A stretch of DNA of 63,002 nt, the filler included, from Octopus bimaculoides (taxonomy: Eukaryota), in assembly GCF_001194135.2 (NCBI RefSeq). It is 7 parts of 6 records of this genome, joined end to end, with 100 filler letters (N's around TTAATTAATTAA, not from the genome) between each part and the next. Parts side by side here need not be neighbours in the genome. Positions count along the whole stretch, not along the records: positions 1 to 26,920 come from NC_068991.1; 6 more parts are not named here. The stretch is one strand, 5' to 3'. The translations under genes and the position numbers were made by a program. Within the stretch, counting starts at the first letter, position 1, and each line of letters opens with the position of its first letter. Below, one piece after another: positions 1 to 11,240 of this stretch. The notes beneath the pieces are model-generated. The model did not search any database. It saw only the letters and a program-made list of their open reading frames with translations, and was not told the DNA's origin.

Positions 1-31
<31 letters not shown>

Positions 32-59
32 ATGTTTACATACATATCTATATTCACAT

Positions 60-275
60 ACTAATATACAAACAGACAGAAGCAAACACTTATATATGTA
101 CACCCACAACAGACATCAATAGTGATAAGATCTATAGGTATGGTTTCTAATAGATTGGACAACAGATTGGCTGAACTAGGAAACAAAATTGGAACAATAC
201 ACCTATCATCAAAGAACTACTTCGTTAAACGCAGCTAAGAATATTAGAAAAAAAACCTATTAACGTAAGTGTAGT
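60..275 (+). mobile_element. Degraded 3' fragment of Dong/R4-type (RLE) non-LTR retrotransposon
   Basis: Frameshifted translation IQTDR...VIRSIGMVSNRLDNRLAELG...HQRTTSLNAAKNIRK matches the RLE C-terminus seen at 19080 and 33100 (PIIVGALG..., QKxALLGTAHILRK). Confidence 0.6.
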
Positions 276-410
276 CAAAGAAGGCTTCAAGACTCAGTTA
301 CAAGCAGGAATTAAAATTGTCCCCCTATAGTCAGCTACTACCGACATCAGGTATCTCAGATGTGGAAACAAAGAACAATAGTAACAGCACAAACGATATT
401 GGTAATGAAT

Positions 411-621
411 GTGGCGAACTGGCAGAATCGTAAGCACGCCGGCCAAAGTACTTCGCTGAGTTTCGGCCGTTTTTATGCTCTGAGTTCAAACTCTGTGGAT
501 ATCGCCTTTACCTTTCATCCTTTCGGATCGATGAATTAAGTACCAGTTGAGTCCTGAGGGATCGATGTAATCGACTTTCCACTAAGTGATTGGCTTTATG
601 CAAAAATTTGAAATTGTTATT
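411..621 (+). mobile_element. tRNA-derived SINE, family A
   Basis: TGGCAGAATCG A-box-like and GAGTTCAAA B-box-like motifs, CCTTTCATCCTTTCG...AAGTACCAGTTGAG body, ATT tail. Confidence 0.85.
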
Positions 622-818
622 AGCTCTGTTGAGGTATTGTTTTCAGTCACGTTTGTTTGTCCATGGACAAGATATCTCAAGAACAGCAGGATGGATTCGC
701 ATGAAACTTACAGAGATGTTTGGGCTCGTGACTGGCACGAATTGATTAGATTTTAGGATCAATCCGGTACCGGACAAGGATTCTGGATTATTTTTCCGGT
801 TTATTTTTTTTTTACTTA
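622..818 (+). mobile_element. Partial non-autonomous Helentron (HINE/DINE-1-like), truncated by gap
   Basis: Reverse complement of 32120-32300 (GAGGTATTGTTTTCAG..GTTTGTTTG..GGACAAGATATCTCAAGA..CCGGTACCGG). Confidence 0.7.
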
Positions 819-1466
819 ANNNNNNNNNNNNNNNNNNNNNNNNNNNNNNNNNNNNNNNNNNNNNNNNNNNNNNNNNNNNNNNNNNNNNNNNNNNNNNNNN
901 NNNNNNNNNNNNNNNNNNNNNNNNNNNNNNNNNNNNNNNNNNNNNNNNNNNNNNNNNNNNNNNNNNNNNNNNNNNNNNNNNNNNNNNNNNNNNNNNNNNN
1001 NNNNNNNNNNNNNNNNNNNNNNNNNNNNNNNNNNNNNNNNNNNNNNNNNNNNNNNNNNNNNNNNNNNNNNNNNNNNNNNNNNNNNNNNNNNNNNNNNNNN
1101 NNNNNNNNNNNNNNNNNNNNNNNNNNNNNNNNNNNNNNNNNNNNNNNNNNNNNNNNNNNNNNNNNNNNNNNNNNNNNNNNNNNNNNNNNNNNNNNNNNNN
1201 NNNNNNNNNNNNNNNNNNNNNNNNNNNNNNNNNNNNNNNNNNNNNNNNNNNNNNNNNNNNNNNNNNNNNNNNNNNNNNNNNNNNNNNNNNNNNNNNNNNN
1301 NNNNNNNNNNNNNNNNNNNNNNNNNNNNNNNNNNNNNNNNNNNNNNNNNNNNNNNNNNNNNNNNNNNNNNNNNNNNNNNNNNNNNNNNNNNNNNNNNNNN
1401 NNNNNNNNNNNNNNNNNNNNNNNNNNNNNNNNNNNNNNNNNNNNNNNNNNNNNNNNNNNNNNNNNN

Positions 1467-1503
<37 letters not shown>

Positions 1504-1519
1504 TACTGAAATCGGTAAT

Positions 1520-1728
1520 GTGGTGAGCTGGCAGACTCGTTAGCACGCTGAACGAAATGCTTAGCGGTATTTCGCCCATTGCTACGTTCTGAGTTCAAAT
1601 CCCGCTAGGGTCGACTTTGCCTTTTATCTTTTCGGGGTCGATTAAATAAGTACCAGTTACGCACTGGGATCGATGTAATCGACTTAATCCCTTCCCCCAA
1701 ATTTGAGGCCTTGTGCTTCCAGTAGAAG
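1520..1728 (+). mobile_element. SINE family A
   Basis: Full-length match to family A; preceded by (ATT)n. Confidence 0.9.
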
Positions 1729-2020
1729 TGCCTAAGGTATTCGGTTCACGTTTGTAAGTTAATAAGTTCGATTCCCGGCTGTGTTGTGTCCTTGAGCAAG
1801 ACACTTTATATCACATTACTCCAGACCACTTAGCTGGTGAAAACGTGTTTCAAAGGGCCAAACTTGTCATATTCTGTGATACGAGGAATCTATCTGAGAA
1901 CTATGTTAAGGGTACGCGTGTTTGTGACGTTCTCAGATACTTCCACTTTAATATCAGGCTGTTCCGTTGATCGGATCAACTTGAATAATTGCCGTCGTGG
2001 CCGACAGAATGCTAGTTACA
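1729..2020 (+). mobile_element. SINE family D (tRNA head, GTTGTGTCCTTGAGCAAGACACT core)
   Basis: GTTCGATTCCC B-box; 3' part is the reverse complement of 15280-15460 (GTTCCGTTGATCGGATCAAC). Confidence 0.7.
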
Positions 2021-2639
2021 TTCAAAAGTCCTAAAACAGGTCTCAAAAGCGCTAACTTCCTTTCCATGGCTAAACAGAAAACCAAAATAAAGCAACACAA
2101 ACCAGTATTAGAAAATTCATCCATCCATCCATCTATCCATCCATCTATCTTCACTGCCAGCCATTCCTGGAGGAATCCTGAGAGCAGAGTTCTCATGCAC
2201 CTCACCATAAGGCTTTATCACAAGCAACAGTCATTGCATTTCCGAGATAGACACTCAAGTGTGACCAATTGATATTACGGGTATTATCCAACCATGTCTT
2301 TCTTGATCTACCCTTATATCAACTGCTAGTTGGCTCGATTTATAGAATCCATCTTGCTTTTCTTTCTTGCGATATTCTATAATTCTATGTCGAGGAAAAG
2401 TTAAAATTGTTATCAGGAGGATGATGATAAAGCGTATTCTCTTGTTCCATTGGGAACACAGGAGTAGTTTTTAATCCAGAGCTACACTCGAGAGAACATA
2501 TTATATTACTGGTACTTAATTAATCTTCACAGAATGAAAGTGAAAGTTAACCTCACAAAGATATGAACACAGAACATAATGGATCGTAACTAAATAGAAA
2601 AAAGTACTTACTGCGGAACACAGCTCAGTCTGCTGCCAC

Positions 2640-2683
<44 letters not shown>

Positions 2684-3656
2684 TTGGTGGTAGTGTTGGT
2701 GGTAGTGATGGCGGTGGTTGTGGTGGTGGCAGCGGCGGCGGTGAAGGTGGTGGTGGTGGTGNNNNNNNNNNNNNNNNNNNNNNNNNNNNNNNNNNNNNNN
2801 NNNNNNNNNNNNNNNNNNNNNNNNNNNNNNNNNNNNNNNNNNNNNNNNNNNNNNNNNNNNNNNNNNNNNNNNNNNNNNNNNNNNNNNNNNNNNNNNNNNN
2901 NNNNNNNNNNNNNNNNNNNNNNNNNNNNNNNNNNNNNNNNNNNNNNNNNNNNNNNNNNNNNNNNNNNNNNNNNNNNNNNNNNNNNNNNNNNNNNNNNNNN
3001 NNNNNNNNNNNNNNNNNNNNNNNNNNNNNNNNNNNNNNNNNNNNNNNNNNNNNNNNNNNNNNNNNNNNNNNNNNNNNNNNNNNNNNNNNNNNNNNNNNNN
3101 NNNNNNNNNNNNNNNNNNNNNNNNNNNNNNNNNNNNNNNNNNNNNNNNNNNNNNNNNNNNNNNNNNNNNNNNNNNNNNNNNNNNNNNNNNNNNNNNNNNN
3201 NNNNNNNNNNNNNNNNNNNNNNNNNNNNNNNNNNNNNNNNNNNNNNNNNNNNNNNNNNNNNNNNNNNNNNNNNNNNNNNNNNNNNNNNNNNNNNNNNNNN
3301 NNNNNNNNNNNNNNNNNNNNNNNNNNNNNNNNNNNNNNNNNNNNNNNNNGTGGTGGATAATGATAATGATGATGGTGGTAATGGTAGTGATGATGATGAC
3401 AATGAGGAGGCGGAGGAGGAGAATGATGATGATGATGATGATGAGGATGATGATGATGATGATGATGATGACGACGACGATGACAACAACCATGACCACA
3501 ACGACGAAGTGACAATGGTAAGTCTTGGGTTGGTGATGCTTATGTGATGATGGCGGTGTATATAAGGAGGACGGGGGTGGTGGCGGTGGTGGTGTTGGTA
3601 CTGGGCAACATGTGGCGTTTTGTTGTTCATCTTGAATATGCTGCTGCTGCTACTGC

Positions 3657-3697
<41 letters not shown>

Positions 3698-4134
3698 ATG
3701 ATAGAAAGGCGGACGAAAAGAAGAGGGATTAAGTTGTTCTCAGGCTTATGTTGACGGTTTTAGAAATGAAAAGAATTTGCTAATCCTGAATACAACACAC
3801 CTCCAGTTCTTCGAGAGAAGGAATTGGAACTTTGTCTGAAGCATCTGCAACCGTTTAGTGGCACAGAATGACAACTTCTAAGGGTGAAAAAGAGAGGGAG
3901 GAGAGAGACGGAGAAGGACAGCGGAATTACTGGTACGTATTTTATTAATCATGAAATAAATGAATGTTAAAGCTAACTTCGCAAAAATTGGAATTCTTTC
4001 GGTCGTTTCTAAATATAAAAATGTATTTAGTCCTCATCATTACTGAATCAATCAGGTATAGTTGTGGGTTGTAGTACATGACTGACGATATATTTCTGGA
4101 AAGTGGAAGTACGTGGCTTAGAGGCTAAAGTACA

Positions 4135-4230
4135 GTGAGAGAAAGTTGGGGTGAAAGAGTACAACAGCGGTCGCCACCTACCCCCTGCCGGAGCCTCGTG
4201 GAGCATTAGGTTTTCGCTCAATAAACACAC
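4135..4230 (-). mobile_element. SINE family D fragment
   Basis: Shares GAGAAAGTTG(G/T)GGTGAAAGAGT with the 15488-15510 copy; ends at gap. Confidence 0.55.
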
Positions 4231-4775
4231 NNNNNNNNNNNNNNNNNNNNNNNNNNNNNNNNNNNNNNNNNNNNNNNNNNNNNNNNNNNNNNNNNNNNNN
4301 NNNNNNNNNNNNNNNNNNNNNNNNNNNNNNNNNNNNNNNNNNNNNNNNNNNNNNNNNNNNNNNNNNNNNNNNNNNNNNNNNNNNNNNNNNNNNNNNNNNN
4401 NNNNNNNNNNNNNNNNNNNNNNNNNNNNNNNNNNNNNNNNNNNNNNNNNNNNNNNNNNNNNNNNNNNNNNNNNNNNNNNNNNNNNNNNNNNNNNNNNNNN
4501 NNNNNNNNNNNNNNNNNNNNNNNNNNNNNNNNNNNNNNNNNNNNNNNNNNNNNNNNNNNNNNNNNNNNNNNNNNNNNNNNNNNNNNNNNNNNNNNNNNNN
4601 NNNNNNNNNNNNNNNNNNNNNNNNNNNNNNNNNNNNNNNNNNNNNNNNNNNNNNNNNNNNNNNNNNNNNNNNNNNNNNNNNNNNNNNNNNNNNNNNNNNN
4701 NNNNNNNNNNNNNNNNNNNNNNNNNNNNNNNNNNNNNNNNNNNNNNNNNNNNNNNNNNNNNNNNNNNNNNNNNNN

Positions 4776-4806
<31 letters not shown>

Positions 4807-4856
4807 TAATAACAATAATACCTGGATGGAATTTATAAATATTTAATACATTGCTA

Positions 4857-5196
4857 CGTACGTTTCTACGGATCAGACGATTTTGAGATCAGAGTCGGTA
4901 TCCTCGGGATTAGTACAGTGTAGTCCGTATTATCCGTGGGCATCATTGCTGGTCCATTTCATCAGGCGATATTGTATAATTGGATGAATCATAAAGGAAT
5001 GTTTATCCTTTCTTTAAAGAACGAGATACTAATGTTATGTGATTTAGGGAAAATTTTACTGCTGTTTATCCAATTATACGATATCGCCTGATGAAATGGA
5101 TCAATGATGAAGTCCACGGATTATACGGACTGTAGGGTACTAAGCCCAAGGATACTGACTCTGATCTCAAAATCTTCTGATCCGTGGAAACGCACA
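4857..5196. mobile_element. MITE with ~130-bp terminal inverted repeats and TA flanks
   Basis: 4857-4988 is an imperfect reverse complement of 5065-5196; TA at 4855-4856 and 5197-5198. Confidence 0.8.
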
Positions 5197-5420
5197 TAGC
5201 ACTGTATTAAATGTTTATAAATTCTATACTGGTATTATTGTCATTATATTTATCCTACATTATATCGGTATAACCACGATGCAAGCCTGAAAATCTGATT
5301 CACTAGTCGCTATCATAAAACGACGCCCGGCATAATGAAATAGGAATTTTATTTGCATGCCACTAATGCTACCTAAACGAATTTAAAATATATATATGTA
5401 TATATAGGCCACTGCTTTAA

Positions 5421-5464
<44 letters not shown>

Positions 5465-7084
5465 NNNNNNNNNNNNNNNNNNNNNNNNNNNNNNNNNNNN
5501 NNNNNNNNNNNNNNNNNNNNNNNNNNNNNNNNNNNNNNNNNNNNNNNNNNNNNNNNNNNNNNNNNNNNNNNNNNNNNNNNNNNNNNNNNNNNNNNNNNNN
5601 NNNNNNNNNNNNNNNNNNNNNNNNNNNNNNNNNNNNNNNNNNNNNNNNNNNNNNNNNNNNNNNNNNNNNNNNNNNNNNNNNNNNNNNNNNNNNNNNNNNN
5701 NNNNNNNNNNNNNNNNNNNNNNNNNNNNNNNNNNNNNNNNNNNNNNNNNNNNNNNNNNNNNNNNNNNNNNNNNNNNNNNNNNNNNNNNNNNNNNNNNNNN
5801 NNNNNNNNNNNNNNNNNNNNNNNNNNNNNNNNNNNNNNNNNNNNNNNNNNNNNNNNNNNNNNNNNNNNNNNNNNNNNNNNNNNNNNNNNNNNNNNNNNNN
5901 NNNNNNNNNNNNNNNNNNNNNNNNNNNNNNNNNNNNNNNNNNNNNNNNNNNNNNNNNNNNNNNNNNNNNNNNNNNNNNNNNNNNNNNNNNNNNNNNNNNN
6001 NNNNNNNNNNNNNNNNNNNNNNNNNNNNNNNNNNNNNNNNNNNNNNNNNNNNNNNNNNNNNNNNNNNNNNNNNNNNNNNNNNNNNNNNNNNNNNNNNNNN
6101 NNNNNNNNNNNNNNNNNNNNNNNNNNNNNNNNNNNNNNNNNNNNNNNNNNNNNNNNNNNNNNNNNNNNNNNNNNNNNNNNNNNNNNNNNNNNNNNNNNNN
6201 NNNNNNNNNNNNNNNNNNNNNNNNNNNNNNNNNNNNNNNNNNNNNNNNNNNNNNNNNNNNNNNNNNNNNNNNNNNNNNNNNNNNNNNNNNNNNNNNNNNN
6301 NNNNNNNNNNNNNNNNNNNNNNNNNNNNNNNNNNNNNNNNNNNNNNNNNNNNNNNNNNNNNNNNNNNNNNNNNNNNNNNNNNNNNNCCACAGATTCACGT
6401 GTACTTCAGTTGGGACTCCGATTTGCGGATAGATTTTCTTTATTCCCCACTTGATTTTTAGACCATTCAATATAAATTCTCACGAAATCCTATAAAAATT
6501 CAATTTTCTCCTGTTTCAGACATTGTTACGTAAACATTGTTAGATTTGGTGTTTAATACAAATCTATTACATTTTCCTTAATCGTAATTTTGAGCACTCA
6601 TAACACTTTCTATTGTAGATCCTCTCCCTAACTTTCCCTCTCTCTCTTCCTCTCTCTCTTATTTTCTCTCCCTCTCCCTCCTGCTCTTTGTCTCTCTTCC
6701 TCTTCTCTGATACACATTCTTTCACTTTCATTTCGATTTCTCTTTCCAAACCATGCACATTCACACTCTATTTCTATTTTCGGGTCATTCTCCCTGTCCC
6801 TCTCTCTCTCAATCCCTCTCTCTCTCTCTCTTCTTCACCTTTAATCTCTCTCTTTCCATCGCTCCCTTTCTCTCTCCGTCTCTTTCCTTCTCTACCTTCT
6901 CTTCCCTTTTCTTTTCTTTACTTTCTCTCCCTCTCTCTCCCTTTTTCTAATACACATTCTTTCACTGAGAACTTATCTCTCAAAAAAAAGACGCACACAC
7001 ACTATTTCTCTTTCTCTCTCACTTTCTCTCCCCAATCTCACCCTCTATCTCGATAATCAACTAACTATCACATCTTCTCCACAC

Positions 7085-7160
7085 CCGTAGCCTCTAGTGG
7101 TGACATCTTCAGTCGCTAAGCCTGAACCCCAGGTGACGGGTTCAATACCCGTTCCATCAA
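7085..7160 (+). mobile_element. Possible tRNA-derived SINE head
   Basis: TAGTGGTGA A-box-like motif; T-arm ACGGG-TTCAATA-CCCGT. Confidence 0.3.
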
Positions 7161-7255
7161 TCACTATAAAACATATTTATCTCTCCCATGCTTCTTATCT
7201 TCAATAGAATCCCTTTTCATTTTCCTTCTTATTCAGCCCCTTTCTTAGCTCCTTT

Positions 7256-7297
<42 letters not shown>

Positions 7298-7559
7298 GCT
7301 ATCTGTTTCTTTCTTCCTCCCTCACTATTCTCATTGCCTCTATTCTTCTTTCCCTCTCTCCATCTCTTTTTTTTTTATTCATTTTTCCTTTAAATTATTT
7401 TCCTTCAGGTATTTTTTCCCCTAAAAGTATAAAATTGTATTCCTGAATCTGCAGAAAGGCATCTTTGCAATTCCTACATCTGTCGATCTGCTATTTGCCC
7501 TTCCATAATGTCAAACATGATGGAAGCGAACATAAAAACAACAAACAATAATTCTCAAC

Positions 7560-7970
7560 ATCGTTAGTGACCAAAACATGCGAATCCTTCACTGATGAGG
7601 ACAAATCTACGTTAAACATTACCTTCCAAATACAAACTGAATAACAATGTTGTTGATTTTCACCTGAACAAACATCTTCAGCGCCTTTACATTGATTATC
7701 TCTAGTCAGATCGTTCTCTTATGGATACAACCTATCATTAATCATTTGAAAAATCGCTATCGATCCACAGAGAGATATTCTATGTGGTCATTCATTTTAC
7801 AAGAAATAGGAAACAAGTTCGCCGTCAAGTCACGCACGCTTTTTTGTCTATATAAAGTACATAATTGGTACTTTAAGCTTAGGAGCTACATATATAAATG
7901 AGATGGTCAGGAAGGTGATGGCGTTCATCTGACGTTGGACCTCCCAGGTCTTGATCTGCAAGAAACAGCA
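7560..7970 (+). pseudogene. Highly degraded Tc1/mariner-superfamily transposase remnant
   Basis: Broken motifs FTDEDKSTLN (cf. FxDExxFxLN) and RWSGR...PPRS-DL (cf. RWIGR...WPPRSPDL). Confidence 0.4.
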
Positions 7971-8274
7971 GTGAAATTTCCCGCAAATCACATTTTACTA
8001 GGGAGTACCTTATTCATTAAAGGAACAAAGAACTCACTAGAACAAGATTAAGCATTACAATTGGAGGACGCAATAATCGTGGATGAACGATGCATTCTGT
8101 CGAATAATGTCAGAGATCCTTCGGAGCGACTCCATTTCGGCCTCTTGTATTTGCAATCACTCGCTCTTGGTCATTACCCAACATTCAGGGCCATTAGTGA
8201 AGACAGATACGAAAATCGAATTTAAGATTTTTTTTTTTTTTTTTTTACCATCTACGCTTCTGATGATCGAATGC

Positions 8275-8420
8275 TGAAGCTATCACATTACTATGGTCAT
8301 GTGATTAGATTGTCTCTGGAAGAAAAGGATCATAAGAGAGATTTTTCAAGGAAAGGTAACTGTTAGGAAGCCAAGAAATAGACCAAGAATGTAACGACTT
8401 GGAAATATCCGTAGTCTCAG
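8275..8420 (+). mobile_element. RTE-clade LINE 3' coding remnant
   Basis: KLSHYYGHVIR...IFQGKVTVRKPRNRPRM*RLGNI matches the RTE C-terminal motif yFGHviR...GKveGKRrRGRPrmRWlDnI. Confidence 0.6.
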
Positions 8421-8679
8421 TTGGTCACGCTTGGGAATCTAGTCCGAAAATGTAATTACGGTTAATTTCTGACAGAGCCCTATGAAGGAGGGACTTGAGG
8501 ACTCTACACCGACGAACATCCTAGGCACAGTGGACTGAGAAAAAGGATGGATAATCGCAGATGAAATGGTTTTCATCATAGTTCTGCGTGATCAAGACTA
8601 GCCTGATCTTGGGTTGGATAAGAACAACGACAACAACAACCGCGAATTTATTACTAGTTGTTTAATCCAGAATCATACT

Positions 8680-9062
8680 TCAAGTCTCGCTTTCCCAAAT
8701 GCAGCAATTTTGACGATTAACCTTTCCACATATGTGGGAAGGAATTTCATCGCCGAACAGAATGTCGTTGATTAAATTGGCACATTCAATTCGATGAATA
8801 AGCTCAGCGCACATTGCTGATCTGCATGGATAATCCTTTTCTAGGTTTTGAAAAGCTTGAATGCGACAAGATGTTTTTTTATTCATTTCACTTCACAGGA
8901 TTCTGTGGAAAGATGCACGTTGAATTACTAACATATGAGCTTTCTGCAAGAAGATAACTGCAGATCCTTTTCAAATGTTTCTCAAATATATTCATTTTTT
9001 TGTCTAGATTTTCTTGAACGTCTCGTTCTTCTGTCATCATGCACAGATCCGGTTTTCTGAAA
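8680..9062 (-). pseudogene. Tc1/mariner-superfamily transposase fragment (HTH linker to first catalytic Asp)
   Basis: KFQKTGSVHDDRRT..R and RIQAFQNLEKDYPCR...ILFGDEIPSHICGKVNRQNCCIWESE (cf. ILFSDEAxFHLxGxVNxxNCRIWGxENP). Confidence 0.75.
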
Positions 9063-9070
9063 TTTCACTA

Positions 9071-9233
9071 GGAGTAGCTATGTGGTAAGTACCTTGCTTA
9101 TCAACCACATGGTTCCACGTTCAGTCCCGCTGCGTAGCACTTTGGGCAAGTGTCTTCTATTATACCCTCCGGCCGACTAAAGCCTTGTGAGTAGATTTGG
9201 TAGACGAAAACTGAAAGACGCCAATGGTATGTA

Positions 9234-9252
<19 letters not shown>
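9071..9252 (+). mobile_element. SINE family B, 5' (tRNA + CORE-like) half; gap follows
   Basis: GTGGTAAG..GTTCAGTCCC..CTTTGGGCAAGTGTCTTCT..GCCTTGTGAG then (TA)n. Confidence 0.85.
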
Positions 9253-9272
<20 letters not shown>

Positions 9273-10549
9273 NNNNNNNNNNNNNNNNNNNNNNNNNNNN
9301 NNNNNNNNNNNNNNNNNNNNNNNNNNNNNNNNNNNNNNNNNNNNNNNNNNNNNNNNNNNNNNNNNNNNNNNNNNNNNNNNNNNNNNNNNNNNNNNNNNNN
9401 NNNNNNNNNNNNNNNNNNNNNNNNNNNNNNNNNNNNNNNNNNNNNNNNNNNNNNNNNNNNNNNNNNNNNNNNNNNNNNNNNNNNNNNNNNNNNNNNNNNN
9501 NNNNNNNNNNNNNNNNNNNNNNNNNNNNNNNNNNNNNNNNNNNNNNNNNNNNNNNNNNNNNNNNNNNNNNNNNNNNNNNNNNNNNNNNNNNNNNNNNNNN
9601 NNNNNNNNNNNNNNNNNNNNNNNNNNNNNNNNNNNNNNNNNNNNNNNNNNNNNNNNNNNNNNNNNNNNNNNNNNNNNNNNNNNNNNNNNNNNNNNNNNNN
9701 NNNNNNNNNNNNNNNNNNNNNNNNNNNNNNNNNNNNNNNNNCTCTCTCTCTCTCTCTCTCTCTCATATACACACACACACCATCAACATTGCTCACTCTG
9801 TCTCGCACACCCCATCAAATACACACACACACACAGAGGCATATGCACACACATCAATTCTTCCGTCTGACGCCAACTTCAAAAGAAGTTCAGTCATAAA
9901 ACTGTCCATGTCTCTTTTCATTTGATGCCCACTTCAAAAGAGCCCCTTTCCCCAAAACACATATTAAAAAATATTTTCACTTGTCCGGCCATTGATCGAG
10001 AGATAAAACACAAACCACCTCCTGCTGACTGCAAAACTCCCACAAAATTAGCCGCATACACACATACGTACACACATCCATTTCATGTTTTTCACTTTCT
10101 CTCTGATTACACACACGTCCAATACAATAGCTCTCACATACATCTTCGTCTTCAACAGGTGTGTATCTATTCTATAATATAAATTGTTTTACTATAAGCG
10201 TATAACAATTACTTATTCCAAATTTCTTCACTTAGCCTTTATCTTCACTTTTCTTAAATTCAATACGTCCGTTATTAATTCTTACATACAATTTCCCCGT
10301 TAATTCTTACTGCTTCCTTTTCTGTTTAAGCAATTCTTGACGTCAACTTCTTAATGCCTCTCCTACTTTTTCCTAGCCACCCTACTTAGCGAGAACATCG
10401 ATTAAAACTTTTTCTAATGCAAATCCCATTTCTTCTGCAATTAACACAAACACTTGCTCACTCACTTTACAGTTCTCATTCAAACTACATAATACGCAGA
10501 ATTGCTGCATTAATACAGTAGGGTGTTTTGAGGGAGATTTGGCTACTAT

Positions 10550-11240
10550 GGAAAGTTCCAAAGAGAGGGCGGAGGGGAAGGAATTACTTCGTGGGAAGTT
10601 CCGAGGGGTGGAAAAAGTAGTTCCTGGAAAGTTCCGAAGAGAGGCGAATTACTTCGTGGAGGAGGAATTAATATCTGGAAAGTTACGAGGACGGGGAATT
10701 ACTTCCTGCAAAGTTCCGAGGAGGGGAAGAATCACTTCCTGGAAAGTTCCGAAAAGGGGAAGGAAAGGGAGGAATTACTTCGTGGAAAGCTCCGAGGCGG
10801 TGGAGGAATTAGTTCATGGAGAGTTCCGATGAAAGGGGAATTACTTCCTGGAAAGTTACGAGGAGGGGGAGGAAATAATTCCTGGAAAGTTTCGAGGACG
10901 AGGTATTATTTCCTGGAAAGTTCCGAGGAGGGGAGGACTTAATTCCTGTAAATTTATGCGGAGGGCGAATGACTTCCTCGTAAGTTCCAAGGTAGGGGAA
11001 GAATTACTTCCTGGAAAGTTTTAAGGAGGGGCGGAATGGGAAGAATTACTTCCTGGAAAGATACGAGGAAGGATATGAATTATTTCCTGGAAAGTTCCGA
11101 GAAAGAGGAGGAGGGTATTGAATTATATTCTGGGGGTTAAATACTTTCTGGAAAGTTCCGAGGAAGGGGAGGTGGGGGTTAATTACTCTCTGAAAATTTC
11201 CGATGAAGGGAACAAGGGGGTTAAATTATTTCCTGGGAAA
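10550..11240 (+). repeat. Purine-rich minisatellite, core GAATTACTTCCTGGAAAGTTCCGA with G-rich linkers
   Basis: Roughly 18 degenerate core copies, 8 of them with exact TTCCTGGAA. Confidence 0.9.

Noticed and set aside
10539-10832. 97-aa ORF MATMESSKERA..
   Set aside because: Translation of the minisatellite; also applies to 11248-11490 and 57021-57296
10550-11240. CRISPR-like look (conserved 24-bp core with variable spacers)
   Set aside because: Spacers are short, low-complexity G/A runs related to each other; eukaryotic context; no cas genes
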